From the IMG/VR virus record IMGVR_UViG_3300015608_004663: a DNA stretch of 64,000 nt; one strand, 5' to 3'. Position numbers and translations under genes: made by a program. Source of the stretch: an uncultured virus (IMG/VR IMGVR_UViG_3300015608_004663) (taxonomy: Duplodnaviria > Heunggongvirae > Uroviricota > Caudoviricetes). The notes beneath the pieces were generated by a model, which saw only the letters and a list, made by a program, of their open reading frames with translations, did no database searches and was not told where the DNA came from. Of the stretch, positions 15,893 through 25,715 are shown one piece after another. Within the stretch, counting starts at the first letter, position 1. The number at the start of each line of letters is the position of its first letter.

Positions 15893-17308
15893 TTATTTTC
15901 GCCAGTGCTGTCGCGATCCGATGAACGGCGGTCCGTCTTCATTTTCATCATACGCTTGGAAAAGTTTCTTTACTCTCTCTTGAAGCTCGATCATGCTCTC
16001 TTTTGCTTCGTTTTCATTGCAATACTTGCGACGCTTGCAGTACTCTGCAATGAATGCTACTGGCCAATCTTTTACAAGATCATACGCTTCATCAGCGTAC
16101 TGACCAAGCATAGCGCGCACTGCTGCGCTATCAATAGATTTGATCGTAACGATTTCATCAAATCGACCCGGTCGAAGCAACGTTTGATCAAGGGCGTTCT
16201 TGTCATTCACAGTGACAATCGTGACTTTGAGCTGCGTTGCAAGCCACTCAGCAAGCTCTAGGAGAGCGTGCTGCTTCTCAAGATTCGTTCTGTCGAAATC
16301 ATCAATGATCAGAGCACCAGGCTTGAAGATCTGGATGCTCTCCTTGATAGATGGGATGAATTTATCATCGATGTCTTCAACGCAGATCCTGAGAGCTTTC
16401 AAACCAAGCTTCTTGATGATAGCTTGAGCCATTGTGCTCTTGCCCGTGCCTGGAGGACCTTCTAACATCAGAGATCTGCTAAGACCAACATCAAGTGCTT
16501 TTTTGTAATTCAGAACTATCGCTTCAGTTCTAGCAGAAGTAGCAATAGAGTGAATATTGTCTTCTGTGAATGACAAGAATGACGTAGATGAGTATTTATA
16601 ATCATCGCGATCGTAACTAGATTGCCGATCAATTCGCTTTGCGATGATTACATTTGCATCTTTGAATCTTTCCCATAAGTGTCTAGCAACAATCTCTCTA
16701 ACAATGAGAACTTTCTCAGGCGCGCAATAGATCTTGACAGGTGCTACGTAAAACGTAGCGTGAAACGTAGAAAGTTCTTCCCAGCCAATCTCAACTCCCG
16801 GCTGAATCTCAACGAACGCAATCTTCTTTGCTGGTGCTTTTTCAAGATCGCCATCTGAGTGTTCAGATTGCTCGTGCATTTTTTTTGGCTTGGATCTGTA
16901 CATATCATAGATGATAGCGCTAAAATCTGTAGAGAAGGGAGTTATCCAACCATTTTCGTTGAAAAAATTGTCACCAATATTTTCAGCGAAAGTCGCAACT
17001 GTGTCAAGCATGTGAACAGCGTGCTCTGCTAAAGCTAGCGCAATGTTGTGATCTTTCTTGTGCGCTTTTGAAGCGATCTTGGGAATAGATGATAGCTCAG
17101 TCACAAACTGATGAGCAAATCGAAGGATTCTATTCTTGCGAATTGAATGGTAATTGTGCCAAAATGATTTGTTAGTGTCCCACCCAAGATCAGTTAGCAT
17201 GAGCTTGTTTCGCATAATAAGCATCTCCAATGTGTTATTTGAGTTATATCGCACAATTGTTATCGTTGCACTGCTGGAACCCAGTGCACAACAAAATTCT
17301 TTGCGCAT
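15893..17308 (-). CDS. AAA+ ATPase
   Basis: GPPGTGKS, LIIDDFD, LLRPGRFD. Confidence 0.9.
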   Translation of the reverse strand: MRKEFCCALGSSSATITIVRYNSNNTLEMLIMRNKLMLTDLGWDTNKSFWHNYHSIRKNRILRFAHQFVTELSSIPKIASKAHKKDHNIALALAEHAVHMLDTVATFAENIGDNFFNENGWITPFSTDFSAIIYDMYRSKPKKMHEQSEHSDGDLEKAPAKKIAFVEIQPGVEIGWEELSTFHATFYVAPVKIYCAPEKVLIVREIVARHLWERFKDANVIIAKRIDRQSSYDRDDYKYSSTSFLSFTEDNIHSIATSARTEAIVLNYKKALDVGLSRSLMLEGPPGTGKSTMAQAIIKKLGLKALRICVEDIDDKFIPSIKESIQIFKPGALIIDDFDRTNLEKQHALLELAEWLATQLKVTIVTVNDKNALDQTLLRPGRFDEIVTIKSIDSAAVRAMLGQYADEAYDLVKDWPVAFIAEYCKRRKYCNENEAKESMIELQERVKKLFQAYDENEDGPPFIGSRQHWRK

Positions 17309-18036
17309 TTCTCTCGTGTCACACCGCCATATTGGGTGCTCTGCAGCATCCAGACTTTAGTAGAGACTGACCATGGAAAATCAAACGCTGGCGAAGCTAG
17401 CATCGCACTAACAGACTCACCCCAGTGATCGTGAATTCGAAGAAAAAAGCGCTCCCACTCTTTCTGATAAACTTCTTTCGCAATTCTCCACGGAGAAACA
17501 AAAGCTGCGTAGAGAGCTTCTGACGCTAATCGTGGACCAATACCAGACACAACGTGCGATCTGCTGATAGCTTCTGCTATTGTTTCAGTGTTTGTTGAAT
17601 TGTCCTTTGCGCACCGACTCAGCGCTTCAATATCTTTAACGCTTATTACGCTGACCAGCGCTTTGCTAAGCACTTCGCGATCGAGATCGCGATCATTCAT
17701 GATCGCGGCCCAGACAAATCTGTGTCTATCAACAACAGCAAATCGACCGCAGCTTGTTTCGATCACAAGACCGACATGCTTCTGATCAGAATCTTTAACA
17801 TCATCAAATGACAAGAAAGTTGTAGAGCAAAAAGACAGAACGATCGCAGCGCCGCGCAGCTTCAACCACATTTTTTGTCCAGCAGCATCAACATCAGTGA
17901 TTGTGCGCGGGTAGCTTAGAGCATCAATGTTGCGACAAGATCTGCACTTCTGACCAAGTTTCACAGATCTGATTTCAGATCCGATAAAGCGCTGCAGCAA
18001 GTCTTTATACAGCGCGATCTCGGGTCCCTCTATCGT
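17260..18036 (-). CDS. Fpg/Nei-family DNA glycosylase-like protein with atypical start
   Basis: (T)IEGPE N-terminal motif, GQKMW, SGIGPRLASEALY (H2TH), HWVPAVQ. Confidence 0.7.
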   Translation of the reverse strand, partial: TIEGPEIALYKDLLQRFIGSEIRSVKLGQKCRSCRNIDALSYPRTITDVDAAGQKMWLKLRGAAIVLSFCSTTFLSFDDVKDSDQKHVGLVIETSCGRFAVVDRHRFVWAAIMNDRDLDREVLSKALVSVISVKDIEALSRCAKDNSTNTETIAEAISRSHVVSGIGPRLASEALYAAFVSPWRIAKEVYQKEWERFFLRIHDHWGESVSAMLASPAFDFPWSVSTKVWMLQSTQYGGVTREKCAKNFVVHWVPAVQR

Positions 18037-18388
18037 AGAGAGAGCACCAGCGCCAGTATCGCTTGAGCGGTCCATCACTTGGTTCTGTGTCACCAAGTTG
18101 TCCTTTGCAGAAAATAGCGTAAGATCTTTTTGCATACTCTCCGATTCCTTTTTGAGATAGCAGATCTTGATTGCTTGCCGCAGCTTGCGCAAGATTCAAA
18201 ATAAATCTTGTTCTGCGCTTGACAAAACCCAAGCACTTGACGCACGATTCAAGATCAGTCTGATCTGCTAACATGAGATCTTGAGGCGTTGGCCATTTAG
18301 TCATCAGCGCTTGCAGCTTGCTTGATTTTTTGTGGTGCTTTGTTGTTTCGCTTATCTTCTGTGCGTGATACATCTCCATCTTTGTCAA
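18005..18388 (-). CDS. MBD4-like HhH glycosylase, apparently N-truncated
   Basis: WPTPQDL, LGFVKRR, GIGEYAKRSYAIFC, EPSDGPLKRYWRW. Confidence 0.7.
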   Translation of the reverse strand: MTKMEMYHAQKISETTKHHKKSSKLQALMTKWPTPQDLMLADQTDLESCVKCLGFVKRRTRFILNLAQAAASNQDLLSQKGIGEYAKRSYAIFCKGQLGDTEPSDGPLKRYWRWCSLYDRGTRDRAV

Positions 18389-18563
18389 TGAAGTAAAGAT
18401 ATCCAGTTTCTTGCTTTAGAAGCAGCGTTTTAATGATGCGCTCTTTGCCATCAACTTTAGCAACAACTGTGACTAGATCTGGCGCTGTAGCAGTTGGTGT
18501 CGATCTGATGAAGTGCGTACCCGGACCTTTTTTGATGTTTAGAAGTGTGATTTTTTCTGACAT
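18297..18563 (-). CDS. Small basic protein, CC1-like chromatin protein motif
   Basis: GYLYFIDKDGDVSR. Confidence 0.5.
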   Translation of the reverse strand: MSEKITLLNIKKGPGTHFIRSTPTATAPDLVTVVAKVDGKERIIKTLLLKQETGYLYFIDKDGDVSRTEDKRNNKAPQKIKQAASADD

Positions 18564-18567
18564 GTGT

Positions 18568-19419
18568 TTATCTTTCTGCACTAATGGTGCTTGCCCACAA
18601 CGTTTCAAACGGAGCGATGAACTTAGCGATATCTTTCATTATTGATTTGAATTCCCACATCGTGAACCACAGAGCAACAGCTGCCCAGTCTCTTTTGGGA
18701 TTCGAGCATTGCAGTCTTAGCCACCCATCTTCTCCGTCTGCTGGATCAGCGAATTGGAGAAGTTGCATATTCATCTCAAATCGAGAGAGTTTTTCTTCAG
18801 AAAGCTGAAGAAGGTAATTTTTTAGCAGATCAGAATCACTTGAGAGCTCTGCAGCTGTTGCATCATCTTCTAAGCGAGGGATGCAATCAGACGCATCTCC
18901 CTTCAGAGATCTGTACACCAAGAAAGATCCGACGCCGGGAGGAACAAACAAAAAATCTTTTTTGATTGGATCGTACACCTGGACGCTGTCACCCAGCTCT
19001 GATACAAGCTGCAGGTAATCTCTGTCAGTTGACACTATGATGCTCTTGACTGAGCGAGAAGCTTTCCTAACAAGTCTTGCTATGACATCATCTGCTTCTA
19101 ATTCAGGATGTGACAGGACGCTGATAGGGAAGCTTTCACTTATCAGATTGATTACTTCTTTAGCTTGAGAGTAGAATGACACAGATGAAGGATCTTGCTT
19201 GCTCGCGTCTCTGTTTGATTTGTACTGCGGATCAATCTGCTTTCTGTGAGATGAAGATCCCTCTAAGATCATAATGACTCTAGTTGGTGAGAATTTTTCA
19301 ATGAGAGCTTTCAAACTGCGCAGAAAATTGAAAGCAATGTAATGATCGCCAGCGCAGAATCCACTAGCAGCTCTGTGCAACAAGCACATACCATCAAGAT
19401 AAAGAGTGATTGGTTGCAT
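18568..19419 (-). CDS. 5'-3' exonuclease/flap endonuclease
   Basis: LDG, YKSNR, LEADDVIA, STDRDYLQL, GDASDCIP. Confidence 0.9.
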   Translation of the reverse strand: MQPITLYLDGMCLLHRAASGFCAGDHYIAFNFLRSLKALIEKFSPTRVIMILEGSSSHRKQIDPQYKSNRDASKQDPSSVSFYSQAKEVINLISESFPISVLSHPELEADDVIARLVRKASRSVKSIIVSTDRDYLQLVSELGDSVQVYDPIKKDFLFVPPGVGSFLVYRSLKGDASDCIPRLEDDATAAELSSDSDLLKNYLLQLSEEKLSRFEMNMQLLQFADPADGEDGWLRLQCSNPKRDWAAVALWFTMWEFKSIMKDIAKFIAPFETLWASTISAER

Positions 19420-19422
19420 AGA

Positions 19423-19665
19423 TTATCTCTTGTTGTCAATCAAGAATTTTATTCTTTCAAGTTCTGAGCGAGACATGTGCTCGCATGAAATTTCATCGCA
19501 ATCAGCTGTGCAGATGTGTCTTCCTAGCAAGATATGAGTTGTGTCTGAGATTGCTCTCAGTTCAGTGTTGAGCTGAGACGTTCTCTCACCCAACTTAAAG
19601 CCATGTTTCTTACCAAGACAGAAGAAGTAAATGCAAGCCGCGAACGAAATAACAATATACAGCAT
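19423..19665 (-). CDS. Small membrane protein
   Basis: N-terminal TM segment. Confidence 0.6.
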   Translation of the reverse strand: MLYIVISFAACIYFFCLGKKHGFKLGERTSQLNTELRAISDTTHILLGRHICTADCDEISCEHMSRSELERIKFLIDNKR

Positions 19666-19667
19666 GA

Positions 19668-20045
19668 TTATCGCAGCAGTTTAAGATTTCGAGTTATCGG
19701 ATCAACGATCGCACTATCGATGGGACATGTTGCTATGCATGTTACAGTAAGAGACAAGAAAACAGTCTTACCTTCATCTATCACTTGATGAACCGCAACG
19801 CCTGCTTGCTTCAAGCGATCAAAAAGAGACAATAATTCTTTGTGATCGGAGCAAACTAGCACTATCTTTGTCATTGACGACGTGAGCCACTCTTGCTCAG
19901 CGCTAGACAGCGAGATCGCTTGTGAATCAGCTCTGCTTGCCAGACACAGCATGGACGCATGAGCGATCTGACCCGCAATCTTTCCAAGAGTTATCTTGGG
20001 ATGTTAAAGCAGATCTTCACGAAAAACAATGATCTGTTTTAGCAT
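19668..20045 (-). pseudogene. Peptidyl-tRNA hydrolase 2 with in-frame TAA at codon 14
   Basis: MLKQIIVFREDLL*HPKITLGKIAGQIAHAS...KIVL...VIDEGKT...VDPITRNLKLL. Confidence 0.85.
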
Positions 20046-20048
20046 GCG

Positions 20049-20139
20049 AAGAGCGTGTGAGATTCGAACTCACGTGTCAGCTTGCGCGCCGACAGCCTGT
20101 TTAGCAAACAGGTGCATTAAGCCTCTCTGCCAACGCTCT
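20049..20139 (-). tRNA. tRNA-Ser(GCT)
   Basis: CCTGT-TTGCTAA-ACAGG; long variable arm. Confidence 0.9.
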
Positions 20140-20140
20140 G

Positions 20141-20233
20141 AGGAGAGAGCAGGATTTGAACCCGCGGATCAGACTTTCATCCAATCATCCGTTTTCAAGA
20201 CGGTTGCCTTAAACCAGACTCAGCCATCTCTCC
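20141..20233 (-). tRNA. tRNA-Ser(TGA)
   Basis: Acceptor GGAGAGA/TCTCTCC; loop CTTGAAA; long variable arm. Confidence 0.9.
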
Positions 20234-20234
20234 G

Positions 20235-20308
20235 TGCTTGCTGCCGGATTCGAACCGACGACATCGACTGTGTAAAAATCGCGCTCTGCCAATCTGAGCT
20301 AAGCAAGC
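20235..20308 (-). tRNA. tRNA-Val(TAC)
   Basis: CGATT-TTTACAC-AGTCG; acceptor GCTTGCT/AGCAAGC. Confidence 0.88.
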
Positions 20309-20328
20309 AATCAACATTTCACATGTTA

Positions 20329-20358
20329 AATATAACATGAAACATGTGAAATGTGCAC
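20329..20358 (-). promoter_or_regulatory. Putative promoter GTGCAC-N18-TATATT
   Basis: Recurring motif ahead of the tRNA trio; overlapped by a 14-bp IR ACATTTCACATGTT. Confidence 0.65.
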
Positions 20359-20362
20359 AAAA

Positions 20363-20641
20363 TTATTTGCTTGAGTTTTTCTTCTGATTTGCTTTCTGCG
20401 CGTTACTGGCGAGCTCAAGCTGAAGCTGAGCTAGCAATTTAGCTCTCTGCTTCTTAGCAGCGAAGCAACCATCATCAAGCAGCTTGATCTTCTCTTGAGT
20501 GGTGAGCTTGTTGTAAGCTGCTTTTCTTTCGTCTGCGCTCTTCTTTCGCGACGCTTTCAAATCTGGTCTGCGCCCCATGATTCCCTTATAAACACGCTTT
20601 CGCTGGTGCTGCCCGCGCTTTGACATGCCGCTTGCGTTCAT
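20363..20641 (-). CDS. Small highly basic protein
   Basis: AGGA RBS; K/R-rich. Confidence 0.65.
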   Translation of the reverse strand: MNASGMSKRGQHQRKRVYKGIMGRRPDLKASRKKSADERKAAYNKLTTQEKIKLLDDGCFAAKKQRAKLLAQLQLELASNAQKANQKKNSSK

Positions 20642-20670
20642 GATGAAGATCCTTTCTTGTTTAGAGAGCG

Positions 20671-21495
20671 TTACTGTTTGAACACGTGATACATGAGATT
20701 AGTTTTTAGAAAATTGTTGGGCCACAACAGCATCGCTAGCTCCATAAGCTCTGATGTTGAATACTGCTCAACAAGCATCTTGCTTGTTTCACTTGAAAGT
20801 GCCAAACGATGCTTTGTGCTCAACAACATCGATTTGATAAAATCTAAATCACGCTGCGATAGAGTCGGCGCTCTGCTGTGCAATTTCCTCAATCGTGAGT
20901 AATACTTCGCAATTCGAGCGCATTGCTTGTCTGACATCCCTTTGCCAGATTCTTTAGCTCTTAACACAATCTCTTCTTGATTCAACCTAATCGTTGAACT
21001 GCGCTCTAATTCATCAAAATCAGAGATCATTACAATATCGTTGCCATCTACTGCTATCTTGCAGTTGTCAAGATCAAAAGTGTCAAGCACATCTTCAATT
21101 TCACCGCTCTTGAACGTTATCGCGTTCAGCGTGCTTGCTGTCGAACTTGAAGTCAGAAAATTATTTGAATGTTCAACATAGACTCGTTGAAAAGCACCAG
21201 CATTTGCATAATGTTCAGAACAGTCTAGCCACTTTGGTTCATCATCTAAATTTAGATCTGCTTTAGATTTATGCTGCCTAAAATAAAAATCAATGTCTGA
21301 AAACTGATCAGAAAGCTCGCTCTTAGTCATTGAGTGCATCGCAGATAGATACATTGCTCTCGCGAATCCACCTGCGATGAAACCGCCTTGACTGAGAAAT
21401 TTTTTCAGCTGCAGCAGAGCTTGCGCTGGAAGGTTCTGGAAAAAAGATTCATGACAAGCTTTAGCTAATCCAGCGCACCTGATGTAACGAGACAT
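20671..21495 (-). CDS. Pol-beta superfamily nucleotidyltransferase (CCA/poly(A) polymerase-like head)
   Basis: FIAGGFAR, SDIDFYF, LDTFDLDNC. Confidence 0.7.
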   Translation of the reverse strand: MSRYIRCAGLAKACHESFFQNLPAQALLQLKKFLSQGGFIAGGFARAMYLSAMHSMTKSELSDQFSDIDFYFRQHKSKADLNLDDEPKWLDCSEHYANAGAFQRVYVEHSNNFLTSSSTASTLNAITFKSGEIEDVLDTFDLDNCKIAVDGNDIVMISDFDELERSSTIRLNQEEIVLRAKESGKGMSDKQCARIAKYYSRLRKLHSRAPTLSQRDLDFIKSMLLSTKHRLALSSETSKMLVEQYSTSELMELAMLLWPNNFLKTNLMYHVFKQ

Positions 21496-21585
21496 CTTAC
21501 AGTCCTCTGTATTTGTAAATCCAGAAACAGATTATGTAACTGGTGATAGCAATTCCGATATATTTTATCGCTCGCTTCATGCTTA

Positions 21586-21615
21586 ATATTATTACTGTTG
21601 TTTATGTGATTGCAC
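21586..21615 (-). promoter_or_regulatory. Putative promoter GTGCAA-N18-TAATAT
   Basis: Recurring motif; ATG of a short ORF at 21580. Confidence 0.55.
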
Positions 21616-21633
21616 TGATTGCAAATCAGAGTG

Positions 21634-21933
21634 TTACAGAGAATTCTCTAAAACGTGCACGTAGTTATCAAACGTATCTTTGTGCTCAACTTTCTCTCTG
21701 ATCTTAACTGTTTTGATCGCAGCTTGAAGCGTTGCCATATCAATTCGATCTTTGTATTCATCAATCAATGCTTTTCTATCTTCTTTTAGAAGAGAAAGCT
21801 CATTCTCAATGTTTTGAAGTCGTGTGATGAATTCAGATACAATGTCTTTGATTGCTCCGAGTTCATCTGGACTCGCTTCACCATCTGGTCGATCACCCGT
21901 CAGCTCTTCATCTCTAGCAAGGTCTCGCATCAT
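21634..21933 (-). CDS. GapR/DUF2312-like DNA-binding protein
   Basis: FITRLQNIENELSLLKEDRKALIDEYK...IDMATL. Confidence 0.6.
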   Translation of the reverse strand: MMRDLARDEELTGDRPDGEASPDELGAIKDIVSEFITRLQNIENELSLLKEDRKALIDEYKDRIDMATLQAAIKTVKIREKVEHKDTFDNYVHVLENSL

Positions 21934-22724
21934 TTGTATTTGTCTCCAACCCTTGATATGAAGGATATCGTCTTATCATAATCTTTTACAATTGGTGCAC
22001 CTTTAGGGACACCGCGCTTGATGAGAGCGCTTCGCTCATCTGATAATTTTTGTGCAAAAGCACTGATCAGCTTCTGCTTTGCAGCATCAACACCAGTAGA
22101 GTTTTTCACTTGCGTTTTCTTTCCAAAGATAGCAGAAAGCTCTGCTAAATCTTTGGCAGAGCTGATCTGTTTGGCGCGAGATACGCACGCTCGAAATTTC
22201 TCTTGCGTAGCTGCTCTGACAGCGGCTGATAAGTCTTGCAAGCGCTCATCATCAACTTTAACAGCTTCGTGCAGTCCGAACGCTTTCTTAAGCTTGTCAG
22301 CAATCTTGCTGCCAGCAGCAAGAGTTATCATGGCTGCGGGTGAATACAACAAAGAAAACATGATGGCATCAGATCCGTTCAGAGCGTGCTTGATTTCATC
22401 ATATGCATCACCCGCAGCAGACTCAGCTTTCTCTATTTTCTGTTCAGCTGCAGCATCAATCTTGTCATAATCTGCATCTAAAAACGGTAACAACGTAGAC
22501 AAGATCGCTTCTAAAGATGTGTGAATCAAGTGTTTTCCACGCGCTGCTGTTTTTTTCAGCTCTGCGCCAGCGACTTTACCAGCATCAGTGACTGGTTTAA
22601 CAAAAATGTCATACAGACTTCCTGAGTGTCCAAACACATAACCAAATTCATCTTCAGATTCTGCGATAACAGATTTGATGAGCTTATGTAGACTAGCTGA
22701 TTTCATGCTGATCATAACTAGCAA
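21930..22724 (-). CDS. Hypothetical protein
   Basis: Long ORF in operon. Confidence 0.7.
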   Translation of the reverse strand: MLVMISMKSASLHKLIKSVIAESEDEFGYVFGHSGSLYDIFVKPVTDAGKVAGAELKKTAARGKHLIHTSLEAILSTLLPFLDADYDKIDAAAEQKIEKAESAAGDAYDEIKHALNGSDAIMFSLLYSPAAMITLAAGSKIADKLKKAFGLHEAVKVDDERLQDLSAAVRAATQEKFRACVSRAKQISSAKDLAELSAIFGKKTQVKNSTGVDAAKQKLISAFAQKLSDERSALIKRGVPKGAPIVKDYDKTISFISRVGDKYK

Positions 22725-22788
22725 TGATCAATAACGTGAAGCTGTCACGCAAGAAATTGGCGAATCTTTAAACAGAGCCATTAAACAA

Positions 22789-23187
22789 TTAGATGAAAAA
22801 GCGACAGATCTTGTTTAGATTCTCTTCAAACCACTTAGATTGAGATTGAACCAATTTTGGAAGAGAATCTACATCAAAAAATTTTGCGTCAGAATTTTCA
22901 AATCCATCAGCGATAGGCACCGCATCATCAGCAGCTACTGCTAAAAACATTTTTACGATTTTTCGTCTAAATTTAGTTTCAACTTCAAAATCGCTTAGTT
23001 CGCTCAGTATATTAACTCTAACACCAGTTTCTTCAAACGTCTCTCGCGCTGCAGCGTCAGCATAATTTTCATTACTTTCAACGTGTCCTTTTGGAATAGC
23101 CCAAGCGTTGCGATTTGATGGCTTGATCAGAAGAATTTGTCTTGCAGAATTTAATGTAAGAGTACCAGCACAGATCTCAATTTTCAT
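22789..23187 (-). CDS. NUDIX hydrolase
   Basis: PKGHVE...AARETFEETG. Confidence 0.9.
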   Translation of the reverse strand: MKIEICAGTLTLNSARQILLIKPSNRNAWAIPKGHVESNENYADAAARETFEETGVRVNILSELSDFEVETKFRRKIVKMFLAVAADDAVPIADGFENSDAKFFDVDSLPKLVQSQSKWFEENLNKICRFFI

Positions 23188-23276
23188 TGTAACGCTTTGT
23201 AAAAGATTGATTCATTCAATCGCATAATTAAAGAATTATAACACCTGTGCACTCTTGTGCACACTTTACAAGTAAC

Positions 23277-23810
23277 ATGAAAAAATTCAGCATTGGCATA
23301 ATCGCTATGGCAGCTAAACCACCGCACGCAGGGCACGTCGCACTTCTTGAGCTAGCGTGCAATGAGTGCGACGTTGTGTACGCCTTCGTCAGCACTGCAG
23401 ACAGATCAAGACCGGGTGAGCTCGAAGTGAAGTGGGAAGATGTTGAGCAGACTTGGTCTGAAGACATCGTACCGAGCTTGCCAAACAATTTCAAATACGT
23501 TCCAACAAGAGAAGCGCCAGTAAGAAAAGCGTACGAACTGATTGAGAGCTCAGATCACAGCTGGAAGATCGCGCTGTATGGACGCCCTGAAGACATGTCT
23601 GAGCGATTCAGATTGATGCCAAAAAACGTCACGATCAGGAGTGTGAATCTTGGTGCGTACAGTGGAACAGCGTGCAGAAAAGCCGTCGCTGACAATGATT
23701 TCTCAGCTTTCAAGAAAATGATGGCGCCTCAAGTTGACGCAGAAGCTCTTTGGACAAGACTTCGAAAAAGAATTGACACGTCAGTCAGCAAAAAACGAAC
23801 AAAGCGCTAG
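23277..23810 (+). CDS. Cytidylyltransferase-like (HxGH) nucleotidyltransferase
   Basis: KPPHAGH and SGTACR motifs. Confidence 0.8.
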   Translation: MKKFSIGIIAMAAKPPHAGHVALLELACNECDVVYAFVSTADRSRPGELEVKWEDVEQTWSEDIVPSLPNNFKYVPTREAPVRKAYELIESSDHSWKIALYGRPEDMSERFRLMPKNVTIRSVNLGAYSGTACRKAVADNDFSAFKKMMAPQVDAEALWTRLRKRIDTSVSKKRTKR

Positions 23811-23847
23811 CGCTTCATGCTAGCAATCTTTCAAATACAGCGTTCTA

Positions 23848-24696
23848 TCACTTCAATTTGAATCTTGGCTTGCCTTGTGAGATGCGCGTGAAAACAAGCG
23901 CAGAATCAAGCTTTGATTTTGGGATCAGCTTGTAGCCATCGGGTGACACGATCGCAAGTGCGTCAGCTTCTGGAAACGCTACGCTTGGGATCGCGGCGCG
24001 AGCCCAAACAGCATCAACAAACCACTCTGGATCTTTAAATGCTTTTGATTTTGCTTTAGCGATTTCTTTGCTAAGAGCTGAAACATTCAAAGAATCATCT
24101 TCTATTCCAACTACGTCTGCAACTCTTGCGAACTGCACATCATCTACGTTTACATCTTTATCATCTAAGCTGACTGTGTGCTCATCATTAGATGACGTTT
24201 TCAACACGGCGTTGATGAATTTAAGCGCTTGAAGCATCCCAAATTTTTTGTCACTACCAAGAGCTCGAGTAGTTGTCATCTCACCCTTCTTGATAAGAGG
24301 AACATCTTCTACGATGAAATCATCAAGCTCTGATGGATATGCGCTGCCCGTAGCTTTCTTAAGAACAACTGTGTCAATGTCTGATAGCTCATCACAGATC
24401 TTTAAAATGACACTCAAAGCTTGCGCCGCTGCAGCAGCACCTTCCGTTCCAGTGCGAAGAGCGCCCTCTTTATCAAGTTCTTTAACTTCTAGTTTCTTTC
24501 CACCAGGAAGCAGCACATCATATGACACTGAGCCACCCATGATCTTACCACCCAGTTCTGCAGCTAACTTTTCTTCACCAGGGCCTACACCTGGCTTGTT
24601 TGGTATGTAAGAAAACTTTGAAGAAGCTTTTGTCCATGGCTTCACTGCGCCAGCTGTGTTAAGAGCGACGGCTTTTTCTGTCATTAAATTAATCAT
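23848..24696 (-). CDS. Hypothetical protein, possible PD-(D/E)xK nuclease fold
   Basis: GPGE...YDV...LEVK. Confidence 0.6.
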   Translation of the reverse strand: MINLMTEKAVALNTAGAVKPWTKASSKFSYIPNKPGVGPGEEKLAAELGGKIMGGSVSYDVLLPGGKKLEVKELDKEGALRTGTEGAAAAAQALSVILKICDELSDIDTVVLKKATGSAYPSELDDFIVEDVPLIKKGEMTTTRALGSDKKFGMLQALKFINAVLKTSSNDEHTVSLDDKDVNVDDVQFARVADVVGIEDDSLNVSALSKEIAKAKSKAFKDPEWFVDAVWARAAIPSVAFPEADALAIVSPDGYKLIPKSKLDSALVFTRISQGKPRFKLK

Positions 24697-25262
24697 TTTT
24701 TCACTTTCACTGGTAGTGGTGGTGCAGTGTTCTCAGCGCCTGATTTGCTTTCTGGCGCGCTGTGCGTTGATTTGCGCACAATCGTCGGTTTGATTTTCCG
24801 GACACTTTGACTGTCTTTTTTCTTTGTGTCAATGTTGGGCTCAGGATCTTTTGGCTCAATTGCATCTGAACCAGAGATCTGTCCACTGACAATCTGCTCT
24901 ATGCCTTTCAAGTAAGCTAACAATGCTATTTTCTCTGCTTTTGTAAGATTTGAGATGTATGTTTCTAAGTTAGCTTTGATCGTATCATCTTTGAATGAGC
25001 GACCCGCTCTGATTGCATTGAGCTTGTTGATTATATCATCTGGTGATACAGAGCCAGATTTTAAGGCTTCAATGTCTGATAGAGATGTAGCTGCTTGATT
25101 TTGCTTCTCTTGCTCTTCAACAGCAGCTGAATTGTAATCTTTAGTTTCAAAGAGTGATAGCGGATCGCGATTTGCTCGCTTTCGCGCTTCAGACAGCGAA
25201 GTCGCAATAGTTTGCTTGATCAGCTGATCAATCGATGAATGCTTCTGTGCTCGATTTATCAT
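24693..25262 (-). CDS. Hypothetical protein (source of the 60-nt copy)
   Basis: ORF in operon. Confidence 0.75.
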   Translation of the reverse strand: MINRAQKHSSIDQLIKQTIATSLSEARKRANRDPLSLFETKDYNSAAVEEQEKQNQAATSLSDIEALKSGSVSPDDIINKLNAIRAGRSFKDDTIKANLETYISNLTKAEKIALLAYLKGIEQIVSGQISGSDAIEPKDPEPNIDTKKKDSQSVRKIKPTIVRKSTHSAPESKSGAENTAPPLPVKVKK

Positions 25263-25267
25263 GTGAT

Positions 25268-25474
25268 TTACCTTACAACTTTTACTTCTGACGGTAAACG
25301 TCGAGTTCTTCTTTCAAGAGCGCGCAAAGGACTGTCAGTGACATCAACTACTCTGCGCTTGCGAAGCAGTTCATCATCAATGAATTTATCAAAATTGATT
25401 GTGTTTTCGCTCATAAAGTTTGATGTCTCTGTAGATGTCATCAGCACGTCTTGCAAACTGTTTATCTTTGTCAC
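25268..25474 (-). CDS. Hypothetical protein
   Basis: ORF; start probably later. Confidence 0.5.
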   Translation of the reverse strand: MTKINSLQDVLMTSTETSNFMSENTINFDKFIDDELLRKRRVVDVTDSPLRALERRTRRLPSEVKVVR

Positions 25475-25715
25475 TTAAAAAATCTCCATCTTGTGCGTTG
25501 ATACCAACGATCACAGCACCACCATCAATCAGAAGCTTGTACCTGTCACTTGTGTTATCATTGATTGATAGCAACTGAATAACAAATGCTAATCTAGAAT
25601 CTCTATCTTCAAACTCAAATGTTTTTCTTAATCGAGATTTGTTCTCAAGCGTAACCCAATCGCTCTGAGGCACGATTGGGACGCTGTGTGAATTTATTTT
25701 GACAGGTAAACGCAC
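25389..25715 (-). CDS. Pterin-4a-carbinolamine dehydratase-like protein
   Basis: LRKTFEF...LAFV...LSDKDKQFARRAD; catalytic HHP absent. Confidence 0.65.
   Translation of the reverse strand: MRLPVKINSHSVPIVPQSDWVTLENKSRLRKTFEFEDRDSRLAFVIQLLSINDNTSDRYKLLIDGGAVIVGINAQDGDFLSDKDKQFARRADDIYRDIKLYERKHNQF

Noticed and set aside
19668..20045. Genome-wide stop codon reassignment
   Set aside because: TAA, TAG and TGA all terminate conserved genes normally, and no suppressor tRNA is evident.
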